From Escherichia phage vB_EcoM_G5211, in the sequence record MK327947.1: DNA of 64,000 bases, one strand, 5' to 3'. Position numbers and translations under genes: made by a program. This document shows positions 27,589 to 37,299 of this stretch, piece by piece; the first letter of the stretch is position 1; every line of letters begins with the position of its first letter. The notes under the pieces were generated by a model. It worked only from the letters and a program-made list of their open reading frames with translations. It was not told the origin of the DNA and did not search any database.

Positions 27589-28487
27589 TAAAATTCTCCG
27601 TAGTTAACCTGAAAACATTCTACACCAATTGAGCGGTACATGTCAACCACTTGATCACGGTCATCTACCGCCAAAACAACATGATAACGCGGTGCAATTT
27701 CAGAGAAGAAGATCTCTTTCTTCACTTCATGATCAGGACGACGATCATTAGTTTCACGTTGAAAGTGATCACTAGGTTCAATACCCTGTTCACGCAACCA
27801 TTGCAGAGTATCTTCTTCGCAAACATCCTCACGCCCTGAGCATGTGATGATACGATAGCCATTATCACGATACAGTTTAAGCATTTCGACCACTTGCGGA
27901 CGCGGTTTATCTTCTTTGACCTTTGTCCAGTCAAACGGATGACGACCGCCCTTATCCGCTAATGTCCCATCAATATCAAAGATCACTGCCTTTGGCAGCA
28001 TGGTATTCGGTTTGTATACTTCTTGACCCATATATTCCTGCATCAGATAAAATTGGTTGCGCAAATGAGAAAGTGGAATTGCTTTCTCGCCGCGATAGAA
28101 ATTACGTTTCTTTAGTGTCTCAAATGATTCATTGAACACTTGTTCAGTATACACCGCGTTAAATTCTTTTGCAAGTTCTTTGTAGAATACACGATGTTTT
28201 TCTTTCAGGTTGGTATCGGAGATAATGATACTCAATCCGCGTGATAGAGTCTCACGAGCAATCATTCTCTGAATAGACTCTACCAGCTTTTCTTTTTCCT
28301 TAGTATACTTGTATTTCAAATGTGAGTCAACACCAAACAACATAAGACGAAGATCATCACGATTCACATTACGATAATTACTAAACCGTTTACACGTTTC
28401 CATAGCCCATGTAGTTTTACCGGACCCAGAACAACCAACGGTTAAAATCACTTCACATTTCGGCATTATTTCTCCTTCGGTTTGCAC
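27588..28487 (-). CDS. pseT: polynucleotide 5'-kinase / 3'-phosphatase
   Basis: N-terminal P-loop GCSGSGKTTWA; C-terminal HAD motif VIFDIDGTLA; colinear with T4 Pnk. Confidence 0.85.
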   Translation of the reverse strand: MQTEGEIMPKCEVILTVGCSGSGKTTWAMETCKRFSNYRNVNRDDLRLMLFGVDSHLKYKYTKEKEKLVESIQRMIARETLSRGLSIIISDTNLKEKHRVFYKELAKEFNAVYTEQVFNESFETLKKRNFYRGEKAIPLSHLRNQFYLMQEYMGQEVYKPNTMLPKAVIFDIDGTLADKGGRHPFDWTKVKEDKPRPQVVEMLKLYRDNGYRIITCSGREDVCEEDTLQWLREQGIEPSDHFQRETNDRRPDHEVKKEIFFSEIAPRYHVVLAVDDRDQVVDMYRSIGVECFQVNYGEF

Positions 28488-28918
28488 CGTTCCTCATTAA
28501 GTTCTTTTCGATAATAACACATGATCAACTTACTTTCAAGTGTATATCTCTTAATATCCGCAAGCCAGACTCTGAATTTTTGGGAGTCCTCCCACGACAT
28601 AGAAACTCTAGGTTTACCGTCTATTGTATCCACTTTCAGGTCAATGTCAACTTTTTCTATTGGTGCTGGTAGTTGAGGATGTAATTTCGGTTCCTGTGAA
28701 TACTGGTCCATTGTACACGAAGAAAGAGCAAATACAATAGGTACAGCGAAGACATGGATTATGGCGGTCTGAAAATTCTTATGTGCTTTCTTAAACATCC
28801 AGTGTATCACGAAAATTGAAAACACCATCAGGATAATAATGCTTGCACCTATCCCCAGATAATCAACCAGATTAAAATTGCTTATCTGCTCTTGCGTAGG
28901 CAATATTTCTATGCTCAT
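28466..28918 (-). CDS. membrane/lipobox protein, possible o-spanin (start ambiguous)
   Basis: Hydrophobic N-terminus, lipobox-like LSSC, Pro-rich mature part; coupled (ATGA) to upstream gene. Confidence 0.35.
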   Translation of the reverse strand: MSIEILPTQEQISNFNLVDYLGIGASIIILMVFSIFVIHWMFKKAHKNFQTAIIHVFAVPIVFALSSCTMDQYSQEPKLHPQLPAPIEKVDIDLKVDTIDGKPRVSMSWEDSQKFRVWLADIKRYTLESKLIMCYYRKELNEERCKPKEK

Positions 28919-29238
28919 TTAGTAGCCTCCTTTAATTCTTCGGTAAACTCCTTAAATGAATCATTAAGCTGTTTCTCTACCAACTTGGGTTTTTGTGCTA
29001 CTACATAGCCTCGTGTAGCGTCTTTCATTGCTTTGTTTTGTTCTTCTGCAAACTTAGTTCTTATTCCGTACATATCCTTTTGTAGTGAGTCTACGACCTT
29101 CATCTTTTCATCTGTCTTTTTCTTATACTCTGTAAATTCCTGATTCAGTCGGTCTACCTCCTTTTTATTTTCCCACCACATATTACCACCTACCCCTAGC
29201 AACACAGAGATGATAACAATGTATATCAGCTTTGACAT
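28915..29238 (-). CDS. N-terminal TM + coiled-coil protein, possible i-spanin
   Basis: MSKLIYIVIISVLLGVGG TM then charged coiled coil; track ORF extends to 29289. Confidence 0.35.
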   Translation of the reverse strand: MSKLIYIVIISVLLGVGGNMWWENKKEVDRLNQEFTEYKKKTDEKMKVVDSLQKDMYGIRTKFAEEQNKAMKDATRGYVVAQKPKLVEKQLNDSFKEFTEELKEATK

Positions 29239-29257
29239 ATTACCCCCAACGACAAAA

Positions 29258-29276
29258 GGCGGGGAACTAGCCCCGC
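29258..29276 (-). terminator. hairpin + U-run after rnlA
   Basis: GCGGGGCTAGTTCCCCGCC + TTTT. Confidence 0.55.
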
Positions 29277-29282
29277 TTATTA

Positions 29283-30452
29283 TTACCAATCAATCTTATC
29301 AGCCGGAATAAGTTTCTTATAATTCCGTAGATAGTAAGTTTTCATTGAATCCAGAATACGGTCATAATCAAGACCATCAAATGCAATCATCAGACACATG
29401 AAAATATATGCTTGTGCATCACCATGTTTACTTGATTCGATAGTCGCATTTGATGCATATGTCTTTCTGTCTTCTCCCGCGTGTGCGTTATAAAATTCTG
29501 TTGCTGTCGTGAAGGCATTGCGAAGAATAGACCTGAATGCTTCCTCGAATAGCTCGATTCGTTCCAGTGCTTCCGGTTCGCCTTCATATGCAGCACGCAA
29601 ATCATCGGTTTCGCTTTCTACGACATAGTAGATCAGGTTATTAGGAAACATCGATGTGTTTTTAATGTTATGCACACCAATATACCATTCACTCTTCACT
29701 TTGAACATTTGACCGTCTTTAGTGCGTGCAACAATTCCTTCGATACCTTCTGCGGTCCGAACTTCATCAAGAATATTGCTAAAACGCGCTGAATCAACCT
29801 GTAACGCATTTACCAGATGAGGACGTAGGATTGCGTCCGCAAATAGCATTTGATGCGGTACGTACTCTCCTGTGACGTTATGACGTACATTCAGAAGTGT
29901 TAGCGACGGTTCAGAATATTCTACAACAATTCGGTTGCTGGGCGCTGTATATTCAAAGTTGAAAGTATAATCAGACCCAATATCAGCAATCTTAGCGCGT
30001 AGATCCGCATACTTCTCTGAATACAGAAGACCGTTTGCTCTCTCTGCCTGGCTTGAGTACAAGGCCGCTTTAGACTTCAACTGAACATAGCCGTTATCAA
30101 TGTAGGTGCTTACTAGACTACCGTCCATTTTGTCCATGACCATTTCCACATCTTCCGGCTTAAAGCGAGCGCGATCATTCTCGCCTAAATTAAAAAACTT
30201 CTCCATAGGACGAGATGCAATGCGGACCGGACGACCTTTATCGTCAATTTCAAACATGATCCCGCGACACTCTAACGCATCTGGTTTATTCCACATTTCA
30301 GGTTTGCTCAAGTACAGATAACTAAAAATGCGCATACGGGTTTGCATCGCCGTAATTTCATCTTTGTAATAGAACGTATCAGATCCGTCACATAGTGCCA
30401 TCAGATTTTTGAACAATGCTAAAACTTTTTTGTTGTTTTCTTTTGTTGACAT
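29283..30452 (-). CDS. rnlA: RNA ligase 1
   Basis: Colinear with T4 Rnl1 (RIFSY, DALECRGIMFE, RIASRPMEKFFNL, KxDGSLVSTY). Confidence 0.85.
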   Translation of the reverse strand: MSTKENNKKVLALFKNLMALCDGSDTFYYKDEITAMQTRMRIFSYLYLSKPEMWNKPDALECRGIMFEIDDKGRPVRIASRPMEKFFNLGENDRARFKPEDVEMVMDKMDGSLVSTYIDNGYVQLKSKAALYSSQAERANGLLYSEKYADLRAKIADIGSDYTFNFEYTAPSNRIVVEYSEPSLTLLNVRHNVTGEYVPHQMLFADAILRPHLVNALQVDSARFSNILDEVRTAEGIEGIVARTKDGQMFKVKSEWYIGVHNIKNTSMFPNNLIYYVVESETDDLRAAYEGEPEALERIELFEEAFRSILRNAFTTATEFYNAHAGEDRKTYASNATIESSKHGDAQAYIFMCLMIAFDGLDYDRILDSMKTYYLRNYKKLIPADKIDW

Positions 30453-30849
30453 AATTTGTGTTCCATTCTGGTTTAAATTTGGTGATCAAAACAGGTTCTT
30501 CGATATCGGCAGTGCTTATAATATCTTTACCCGTTGGATTCTCAATATATAACTCAAAGCACTGGCGGTAATAGAATGTTACTGTCTTACCTTCCTCTAG
30601 CGCCTTATGAATATTCTTACTCTTGCGAGTATCCGCTGTTGGTGTTTGTCTGTTAATGCTAGTCCGGTAATAATTGATCCGCTTTCTGAGATTGACAGTC
30701 TGACCAATGTATACCAGTTCATCATCAACAACAATAGCGTAAAGAACATTTAAACGGTTCTTCTGAGGCGGCAGAATCACATCACCATCTTTACACTCTA
30801 AACATGAATATTTAACGAATCCATAGTTTTCTATTAGCTCATTAATCAT
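30388..30849 (-). CDS. denA: endonuclease II (GIY-YIG)
   Basis: NVLYAIVVDDELVYIGQT-NLRKRINYYRT matches T4 EndoII closely. Confidence 0.85.
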   Translation of the reverse strand: MINELIENYGFVKYSCLECKDGDVILPPQKNRLNVLYAIVVDDELVYIGQTVNLRKRINYYRTSINRQTPTADTRKSKNIHKALEEGKTVTFYYRQCFELYIENPTGKDIISTADIEEPVLITKFKPEWNTNYVNKRKQQKSFSIVQKSDGTM

Positions 30850-30874
30850 TATCCTTTCCTCACGTCACAACAAA

Positions 30875-30892
30875 GGCGGGATTTCTCCCGCC
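30875..30892 (-). terminator. hairpin
   Basis: GGCGGGAGAAATCCCGCC. Confidence 0.45.
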
Positions 30893-30899
30893 CACCTTA

Positions 30900-31298
30900 T
30901 TAACTTTCCAGAATATCGCGAGCTTCGTTACGCTCCTTGATGATTTTCAGGACAAATTCCAGTTTTTCTTTGTTTAGTGTTCCGTTTTCCATTGCTTCTT
31001 TGACGGTAAACACTCCGCCACCTTGCCCGTATACAGTGACAGTGATTTCACCTAACATCGTGGTGTGAAAACCGCCAATTTTCGGTGATTCGAAAGAAAC
31101 AATTACCTCGCGGACAGTATTACCGTCGTTGATTTCTGAGAGGGTAATGTCGTTTTTGTAGGCGGTTGCTTTAACCATACGGATCAGCATAGTCTGATCT
31201 GGGGAGATGGTCATTTTGTCCATTGCATGTTGCAATGCAGCGTAACCGAAAACTTTAACGAAGTCCAGAACGTCTTTGCGAGTTTGAAATTTAATCAT
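30900..31298 (-). CDS. hypothetical protein
   Basis: ORF preceded by cassette. Confidence 0.5.
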   Translation of the reverse strand: MIKFQTRKDVLDFVKVFGYAALQHAMDKMTISPDQTMLIRMVKATAYKNDITLSEINDGNTVREVIVSFESPKIGGFHTTMLGEITVTVYGQGGGVFTVKEAMENGTLNKEKLEFVLKIIKERNEARDILES

Positions 31299-31368
31299 CT
31301 TGATACTCCTTAGTTGTTTTGGTATGGGAGTATCTTACTACTCCCGTGATATGCTGTCAACTGCTTTT
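31299..31368 (-). promoter_or_regulatory. early promoter/leader cassette
   Basis: TTGACA 31355-31360; GGGAGTAGTAAGATACTCCC palindrome over -10. Confidence 0.5.
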
Positions 31369-31518
31369 TTATGCAACCGCAAACATCAACATTTGAACAT
31401 TCTTGGCTGTCTGGCTTTCAAAGTTCTGACATTCTTTGATAATGTCCTCTACTTTCTCGCCGGAGATCTCCGCGTAAGTTTCGATTGCCATTTTCAGTAC
31501 CGCGTCAAAGTTGTTCAT
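31369..31518 (-). CDS. hypothetical small protein (49 aa)
   Basis: Hand-translated MNNFDAVLKMAIETYAEISG...; preceded by cassette. Confidence 0.4.
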   Translation of the reverse strand: MNNFDAVLKMAIETYAEISGEKVEDIIKECQNFESQTAKNVQMLMFAVA

Positions 31519-31592
31519 TTGATTCTCCTTAAAGTGTATTTCGTTTCGATGGGGGTATATTACTACCCCCGTTTCATGCTGTCAACTACTTT
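31519..31592 (-). promoter_or_regulatory. early promoter/leader cassette
   Basis: TTGACA 31580-31585; GGGGGTAGTAATATACCCCC palindrome. Confidence 0.5.
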
Positions 31593-31804
31593 TTAATGAC
31601 AAGTTCGAATTTTGCTACCTTGCGTCCTCGTTTATTGAAAGCAACCCACGGACGGTTTTCAATGTAGAACAATTCTTCGCCAATAATGAATACTGGCTGA
31701 TTGTAAAGGCGACCCATCAGGTCACGCTGGCGAATGGTAGTAGATTCGTATACTTCGCCTACTACAAAGTGCTTGCTGATAGAGTCGGTGCAAGTAAATT
31801 TCAT
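31586..31804 (-). CDS. hypothetical early protein
   Basis: ORF preceded by cassette. Confidence 0.5.
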   Translation of the reverse strand: MKFTCTDSISKHFVVGEVYESTTIRQRDLMGRLYNQPVFIIGEELFYIENRPWVAFNKRGRKVAKFELVIKK

Positions 31805-31875
31805 TTTGATTCTCCTTTGTTTCGTTTCGATGGGGGTATATTACTACCCCCCCGTTATTCAGTGTCAACTACTTT
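31805..31875 (-). promoter_or_regulatory. early promoter/leader cassette
   Basis: TTGACA 31863-31868; palindrome over -10. Confidence 0.5.
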
Positions 31876-32094
31876 TTACTTGTTGTATTCATTCCACCAT
31901 TGGGTTAGCTTATCAATTATTTTTGTGTTTCTATCCAACTTCTCCCACCGTTTTCTAGGGTTTATCAACCGGAATAGGTAAGGTGTACTTGTTAAGTGAA
32001 CTCGGTCAATGTAGTGATTGATGTACTGCTTTTCGATTCTAAGTTTCATCTTTTTACGATGAAAATATGCAATGACTTGTTCTTCTGTTTCCAT
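31876..32094 (-). CDS. hypothetical early protein
   Basis: ORF preceded by cassette. Confidence 0.5.
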   Translation of the reverse strand: METEEQVIAYFHRKKMKLRIEKQYINHYIDRVHLTSTPYLFRLINPRKRWEKLDRNTKIIDKLTQWWNEYNK

Positions 32095-32152
32095 ATGTTC
32101 CTCCGTTTCGATGTGCGTATTATGCTATGGCAAGATCAGATTGTCAACACCC
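32095..32152 (-). promoter_or_regulatory. early promoter/leader cassette
   Basis: TTGACA 32142-32147, CATAAT. Confidence 0.5.
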
Positions 32153-32163
32153 AATAACAAAAA

Positions 32164-32183
32164 AGTCGCCACTATGGGCGACT
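32164..32183 (-). terminator. hairpin + U-run
   Basis: AGTCGCCCATAGTGGCGACT + TTTTT. Confidence 0.55.
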
Positions 32184-32194
32184 TTGAACAAACA

Positions 32195-32671
32195 TTAATC
32201 ATGACCGTGATTTGCAATATCCGCTCGCGTCTTATCTTTGTGATTTCCTACGTCAAAGACACGATAACCATTTTCACGCAAAACTTTAATCACTTCTGGG
32301 TTATCCTCAAAGACTCCGACAACTTCATCTTTATCAAAGGATTTAATTACCTCTAATTTGATGTGATAGTCTTTACGGGAATCGGTACGGCCTCTCATAA
32401 AGATTTTATCAAAACACACCCCGTTAGAAATTAACCAATCAATTGTTTCCATGTAAGCATGTGAACTTCGTCCGGTGAGGATGTAAATCAAATGCCCGTT
32501 GTCGGAAAGAGCATTAATAACACGAATTACATCGTAAATGGGGGAATCTCCCCCACATGCCTTGTTATATTCGATCCATGACTCGACTTTATCAAGATTT
32601 TCGGTTGGCATCTTTGCTAGTCGATGCGTTGGATCTGTGATCGTAAAATCTAAATCGACAAAATATATCAT
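32195..32671 (-). CDS. HAD-superfamily phosphatase (nucleotidase / 3'-phosphatase-like)
   Basis: Motif I FVDLDFTIT (DxDxT), motif II ILTGR, C-terminal acidic motif GVFEDN. Confidence 0.6.
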   Translation of the reverse strand: MIYFVDLDFTITDPTHRLAKMPTENLDKVESWIEYNKACGGDSPIYDVIRVINALSDNGHLIYILTGRSSHAYMETIDWLISNGVCFDKIFMRGRTDSRKDYHIKLEVIKSFDKDEVVGVFEDNPEVIKVLRENGYRVFDVGNHKDKTRADIANHGHD

Positions 32672-33855
32672 AGATATTTCCCGAATCGGTTGTAGTCTTC
32701 GTCTGTTAAATCGGTATTAACCTGAGATACCAGATACATGATCTCTACTTCTTGCGCCGCGTTTTGAACTTCGTCAGAGTTTAACCACTTACGCATCCAC
32801 GGTAAAGGATGACGACGAACACTAAACGGGCTTTTCAGTCCGGCAGCACGCATACGGGAATCTGCCAGGTATTCTACATAGGTTTTCAGAATTTCCGGTG
32901 ACAGGTTAGGAATTGCCCCCATTGCGAATAGGTGGTCTACCCATTCTTTTTCTTGCTCGACAACATCCAGAAAGATTTTCGTTGCTTCGCCTTCAAGTTC
33001 TTCCGCAATCTGTTTCCACTCATCACCATCAGCCCCCGTTTGCCATTGACGAATAATGTATTGTGTGCCTTTTAAGTGAAGTTGTTCATCACGCGCAATA
33101 AATTTCATGATCTTCGCGTTACCTTCCAGTAAACCACGTTCGGCAAAGCTGAAAGTACATGCAAAGGACACATAAAAACGGATTGCTTCCAGTGCATTGA
33201 CGCAGTGTACACACAGATAAATCGAAGCCATCAGATCTCGTTTTGTATCTTCAAAAAATCTTCTTGCATCATCTAATTCTGTCTGATCGTCTCGTTCTTC
33301 CCAATAGTGGTGGAGAACTTCTTCTTCCCAATAGCGGAGATCTTCTTTTGCATTCTCATACTTACGAATCCAATAGAGAACATCATCATAATATTGCCCG
33401 ATAGATTCCGCTCGCTTCATGATAGCAGGGTTATCGATGATCTGGTCAAACTCACTAGCCGGATCAATAAAACAGTTACGCATAATGTGTGTATAGCTTC
33501 TGCTATGAATCGTTTCGCTGAATGTCCATGTTTGCAACCATGTATCAAGAGTTGGATCAGATACAATTGGACCAAATACACGGGCTGGCGCTCTGCCTTG
33601 AATCGAATCTAGCAAAGTTTGATAACGTAAGTTCTCGGTGAAGAAACGCTTTTCAACATCGCTCATATTCAGATATTGAATGCGGTCAGTTGCAAGTGAA
33701 ATCTCTTCTGGACGCCAGAAAAATGACAACTGCTTCTCGATCAACTCTTCAAATACTTGATGACGCTGAATATCATAACGGGCAATCCCTAAATCACTAC
33801 CAAAAAACATCGGTTCGGTCATAATATCAACATGTTCACGATTAAATACGCTCAT
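32668..33855 (-). CDS. nrdB: ribonucleotide reductase small subunit (class Ia), uninterrupted
   Basis: Iron-centre and tyrosyl-radical regions (FSETIHSRSY, EAIRFYVSF, ARDEQLH); no intron. Confidence 0.85.
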   Translation of the reverse strand: MSVFNREHVDIMTEPMFFGSDLGIARYDIQRHQVFEELIEKQLSFFWRPEEISLATDRIQYLNMSDVEKRFFTENLRYQTLLDSIQGRAPARVFGPIVSDPTLDTWLQTWTFSETIHSRSYTHIMRNCFIDPASEFDQIIDNPAIMKRAESIGQYYDDVLYWIRKYENAKEDLRYWEEEVLHHYWEERDDQTELDDARRFFEDTKRDLMASIYLCVHCVNALEAIRFYVSFACTFSFAERGLLEGNAKIMKFIARDEQLHLKGTQYIIRQWQTGADGDEWKQIAEELEGEATKIFLDVVEQEKEWVDHLFAMGAIPNLSPEILKTYVEYLADSRMRAAGLKSPFSVRRHPLPWMRKWLNSDEVQNAAQEVEIMYLVSQVNTDLTDEDYNRFGKYL

Positions 33856-33857
33856 CA

Positions 33858-34397
33858 CTATTCTCCATCAATTTTGTTTATATTGTAGCCCATGTTGCCT
33901 TTTTCTATTTCTCTCAACGCAACTGAATTAAACGCTCTTGCCGCATCTTGTTCGCTATCAAATCTCCCTATATGAACACTCTTTCCTTGTATATTAATAT
34001 GAACTAGCCATCTATTTGTGTACTTACACCAACTTACCCCGTTATATTTTGATGATGCACCTTTAAATTTAGTTCTGTTTCTATTATTGACAGAATAATC
34101 AGTACCTCGTAAATTTTCTATATGATTGTTCAGCTTGTTTCGGTCGATGTGATCTATAACTTTAGGCTTATGCCCGTGAAACATATGATAAATCACATGA
34201 TGTATTAACTTCTTTCTATTGTCTACTGTTAGTTGAAGATATCCCCCATTATGTGGACTTCCAACCTCATCACCAACTTTAACTTTATTGCTTGTTGAAA
34301 CCTTTCTGAAAAGTTTACCATCTTCGTATTTAAATAGATAATGATACCTTTCGTAAAGTATTCGGTCCTCTTCCGTATAATGTATTACCTCATACAT
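33858..34397 (-). mobile_element. HNH homing endonuclease with AP2 DNA-binding domain, MobE-like
   Basis: HHVIYHMFHGHK...DHIDRNKLNNHIENLR HNH motif; C-terminal AP2-like domain; lies between nrdA and nrdB as T4 mobE. Confidence 0.7.
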
Positions 34398-34407
34398 AAT
34401 ATTTTAC

Positions 34408-34575
34408 TCACTTTTTAACACAAAATAACTTAGTATTTCTGTTTACTTCGCTATCCCGCTGCAATTCCTGCACAGCTTCAAAACAATTTTGATATGATGA
34501 AAACTCTACGCTGGTAACAGTTCCTTTATTATATACGCCTACGCTAACGGAAAGCAATAACCATAATGTAGCCAT
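34408..34575 (-). CDS. small protein (55 aa), paralog pair member
   Basis: Hand-translated MATLWLLLSVSVGVYNKG...; ATG overlaps upstream stop (TAATG). Confidence 0.4.
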   Translation of the reverse strand: MATLWLLLSVSVGVYNKGTVTSVEFSSYQNCFEAVQELQRDSEVNRNTKLFCVKK

Positions 34576-34748
34576 TAGTTCACCTTTTGTTTTTCAACGC
34601 AATATAGATTCATAAAGCGTTTATTGTCTTCGCTGATAATCTCGCGAGCTTTAACGCAATCCTGCTTTGTTGCAAACTCAATGCTTGACATATTTCCGTA
34701 ATTATACATTGAATTGCTTATTGCAATCAATAACCATACAGTAGCCAT
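34575..34748 (-). CDS. small protein (57 aa), paralog pair member
   Basis: Hand-translated MATVWLLIAISNSMYNYG...; TAATG coupling on both sides. Confidence 0.4.
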   Translation of the reverse strand: MATVWLLIAISNSMYNYGNMSSIEFATKQDCVKAREIISEDNKRFMNLYCVEKQKVN

Positions 34749-34915
34749 TATCCGACAACCTCAAAACATTTATCATCAGGAAGAATCGCCCATTCTACAC
34801 CGTATTCATCCTCGACGTAGTAGCAAGTCCCATCATGTCGAGCATCATATTCATCACCAACAACAAAGCTATCAGCTAGTTCAAAATCTACAGCAACACA
34901 TTTTAATTTGGTCAT
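34748..34915 (-). CDS. hypothetical small acidic protein (track ORF extends to 34978 from GTG)
   Basis: ATG at 34915 directly downstream of early cassette. Confidence 0.45.
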   Translation of the reverse strand: MTKLKCVAVDFELADSFVVGDEYDARHDGTCYYVEDEYGVEWAILPDDKCFEVVG

Positions 34916-34982
34916 AATAAAATCCTCACTTGTTTTTGATGGTTGTATTATAGCGGGGATTTCTCCCCGCGTCAACACTTAT
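34916..34982 (-). promoter_or_regulatory. early promoter/leader cassette with GC palindrome
   Basis: TTGACG, GCGGGGAGAAATCCCCGC, TATAAT. Confidence 0.5.
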
Positions 34983-34983
34983 T

Positions 34984-37227
34984 TTACAGCTTGCAAGATG
35001 AGCACTCGCTAGCGTCTTCCGTACCATCTGCACCGTCGCGAACGTTCGCATAATACAGGGTTTTCAGACCGTAATATTGAGCAAACAACATATCATCTAA
35101 TACATCAGCAATATCGACTTTACCAGTCTTATAAGTGCTTGGATCGTAGGATGTGTTGGAACTAATCGCCTGATCTACAAACTTCTGCATGATCGCTGCC
35201 AGTGTCAGATAAGGCTTGTTACCTTTCTTGATCAGTGTCCAAAGCAGGTCAATAACATCAGCATTATTCTCTACGTTCGGAATAACCTGATTAAATTGCC
35301 CTTCTTTCGATCCTTTAACCGATACAATACCGCGAGGCGGTTCAATACCGTTTGTGCTGTTAGATACCTGAGAAGACGACTCACAAGGCATCAGCGCCGA
35401 CAGTGTACTGTTACGAATGCCATATTTTTTCAGGTCTTCGCGCAGTTCTTCCCAATCCATCTCATACACCGGATCAACCAGTTCATCTACTGTCTTTTTG
35501 TACCAGTCGATAGGAAGTTCACCGCGACCATAGCGTGTTTCGTGCATCAGTTCGCAAGCACCCTTCTCTTTAGCCAGTCGCACACTAGCCTTAATCAGAG
35601 CATATTGCAAGCGTTCAAACGTTTTATGCGTAAACTCGTTAGCGTCTTCATATGTGAAGAAATTATCTGCTAGATATGATGCAAAGTTAGTAACACCAAC
35701 ACCCAGAGAGCGACGTTTTTTGGCTGTCAGAGCTTGTTCTACAGGATAATCCTGATAATCTAACAGGTTGTCAAGTGCACGCACCATAACCATAGCAATG
35801 CGTTCTACTTCTTCCATATTTTCGATATCGAAATTACCTAAAACATATGCTGCCAAAGTACATAGGCTAATTTCTGAATCATCACGCCCCATCGGTTTTG
35901 TTGGCAGAGCAATTTCACAACACAAGTTAGATTGTTTAATCGGTGCTACATTACGAATAAACGCCCCGTGATTGTTCATGTTGTCTGTGAACGTTGGGTA
36001 GATTCGACCAGTGTTAAAACGTTCAATTGCCACCGCTAAAAACAGGTCTTCGGCTTTAACACGAGTTTTACGAACACTCGGATCTTTTTCCAGTTTTTCG
36101 TAAAGCTGGCGGAAACCTTCCTCATCTCGGAAGTATAGATCCCACAACAAGCCACCCGCAACATCTGGACTAAACAGAGTAATGTAATCCCGTTTAAGGA
36201 ATCGCTCTACCATCAGGTTATTAATCTGTACGCCGTAGTCAAGATGGCGAATGCGGTTATCTTCCACGCCCTTATTGTTCTTTAACACAATCAGACTTTC
36301 AAACTCTAAATGCCACATTGGGTAATAGAGAGTCGCCGCCCCGCCACGAATGCCGCCTTGTGAGCATGACTTAACGGCAGTCTGAAAATGTTTCCAGAAT
36401 GGGATAACGCCAGTATGACGAACTTCACCATGCCCGATCTTAGATCCTTCCGCGCGAATCATGCCAGCGTTGATACCGATACCAGCACGCTTGCTAATAT
36501 ACTTGATGATTGCATTTGCTGTTTCGTTGATGCCCTGCAATGAGTCATCACTTTCAATCACCACACACGAACTAAATTGGCGTGTTGGGGTACGCACACC
36601 TGCCATAATCGGAGTAGGCAGAGAGATTTGCTTATTCGCAACAGCATTATAAAAATCAATCACATGTTCAAGTCGATTTTCTGTCTCTTCTTGATGCAAG
36701 CACATACCGATCAGCATATACGCAAATTGCGGTGTTTCGATGATTTTCTTAGTGCTGCGATCCTGAACAAGATATTTCTCTTTTAACTGCATCGCACCAG
36801 CATAGGTCATTTTAAAATCAAGTTTATGGTCGATGAATTTCTCCAGATATTCCACTTCTTCACGGGAATACTTTTGCAGAATTTCGCGATCATATTTTCC
36901 GGTTGCAATATTACGCTCAATATGGCTGTAAAAATCAATCGGTTGGAATTGACCGTATACTGATTTGCGAAGCGCGAACATTGCAAGGTTACTTGCTACA
37001 TATTGATAATCGGGCGTTTCTACCGTGATGTTATCTGCGGCGACCTTAATCAATACTTTCTGGATATCATTGGTAGACATACCTTCTGTCAGAAGTGGTT
37101 CAACCATATCAAACAATTCATATGGATCAACGTTATGACCTTCGGCTGCCGCTTCCAGAATTTTCATTACTTTTTCTTTTTCAAACGGAACAGTCAGACC
37201 GGAAGACTTAACAACATTTTTAATCAT
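34984..37227 (-). CDS. nrdA: ribonucleotide reductase large subunit (class Ia)
   Basis: N-terminal ATP-cone, catalytic Cys/Asn/Glu region (NLCCEI), C-terminal CxxC redox pair. Confidence 0.9.
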   Translation of the reverse strand: MIKNVVKSSGLTVPFEKEKVMKILEAAAEGHNVDPYELFDMVEPLLTEGMSTNDIQKVLIKVAADNITVETPDYQYVASNLAMFALRKSVYGQFQPIDFYSHIERNIATGKYDREILQKYSREEVEYLEKFIDHKLDFKMTYAGAMQLKEKYLVQDRSTKKIIETPQFAYMLIGMCLHQEETENRLEHVIDFYNAVANKQISLPTPIMAGVRTPTRQFSSCVVIESDDSLQGINETANAIIKYISKRAGIGINAGMIRAEGSKIGHGEVRHTGVIPFWKHFQTAVKSCSQGGIRGGAATLYYPMWHLEFESLIVLKNNKGVEDNRIRHLDYGVQINNLMVERFLKRDYITLFSPDVAGGLLWDLYFRDEEGFRQLYEKLEKDPSVRKTRVKAEDLFLAVAIERFNTGRIYPTFTDNMNNHGAFIRNVAPIKQSNLCCEIALPTKPMGRDDSEISLCTLAAYVLGNFDIENMEEVERIAMVMVRALDNLLDYQDYPVEQALTAKKRRSLGVGVTNFASYLADNFFTYEDANEFTHKTFERLQYALIKASVRLAKEKGACELMHETRYGRGELPIDWYKKTVDELVDPVYEMDWEELREDLKKYGIRNSTLSALMPCESSSQVSNSTNGIEPPRGIVSVKGSKEGQFNQVIPNVENNADVIDLLWTLIKKGNKPYLTLAAIMQKFVDQAISSNTSYDPSTYKTGKVDIADVLDDMLFAQYYGLKTLYYANVRDGADGTEDASECSSCKL

Positions 37228-37274
37228 ATTACCTCACTTCATATTTTAGCAGGAACAAGTTTATCCTCCATATT

Positions 37275-37299
37275 GGGGGCTTTCGCCCCCCTTTTTTTT
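37275..37299 (+). terminator. hairpin + T8 oriented for plus-strand (antisense) transcription, between td and nrdA
   Basis: GGGGGCTTTCGCCCCCC followed by TTTTTTTT on plus strand; U-run overlaps td stop codon. Confidence 0.45.
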
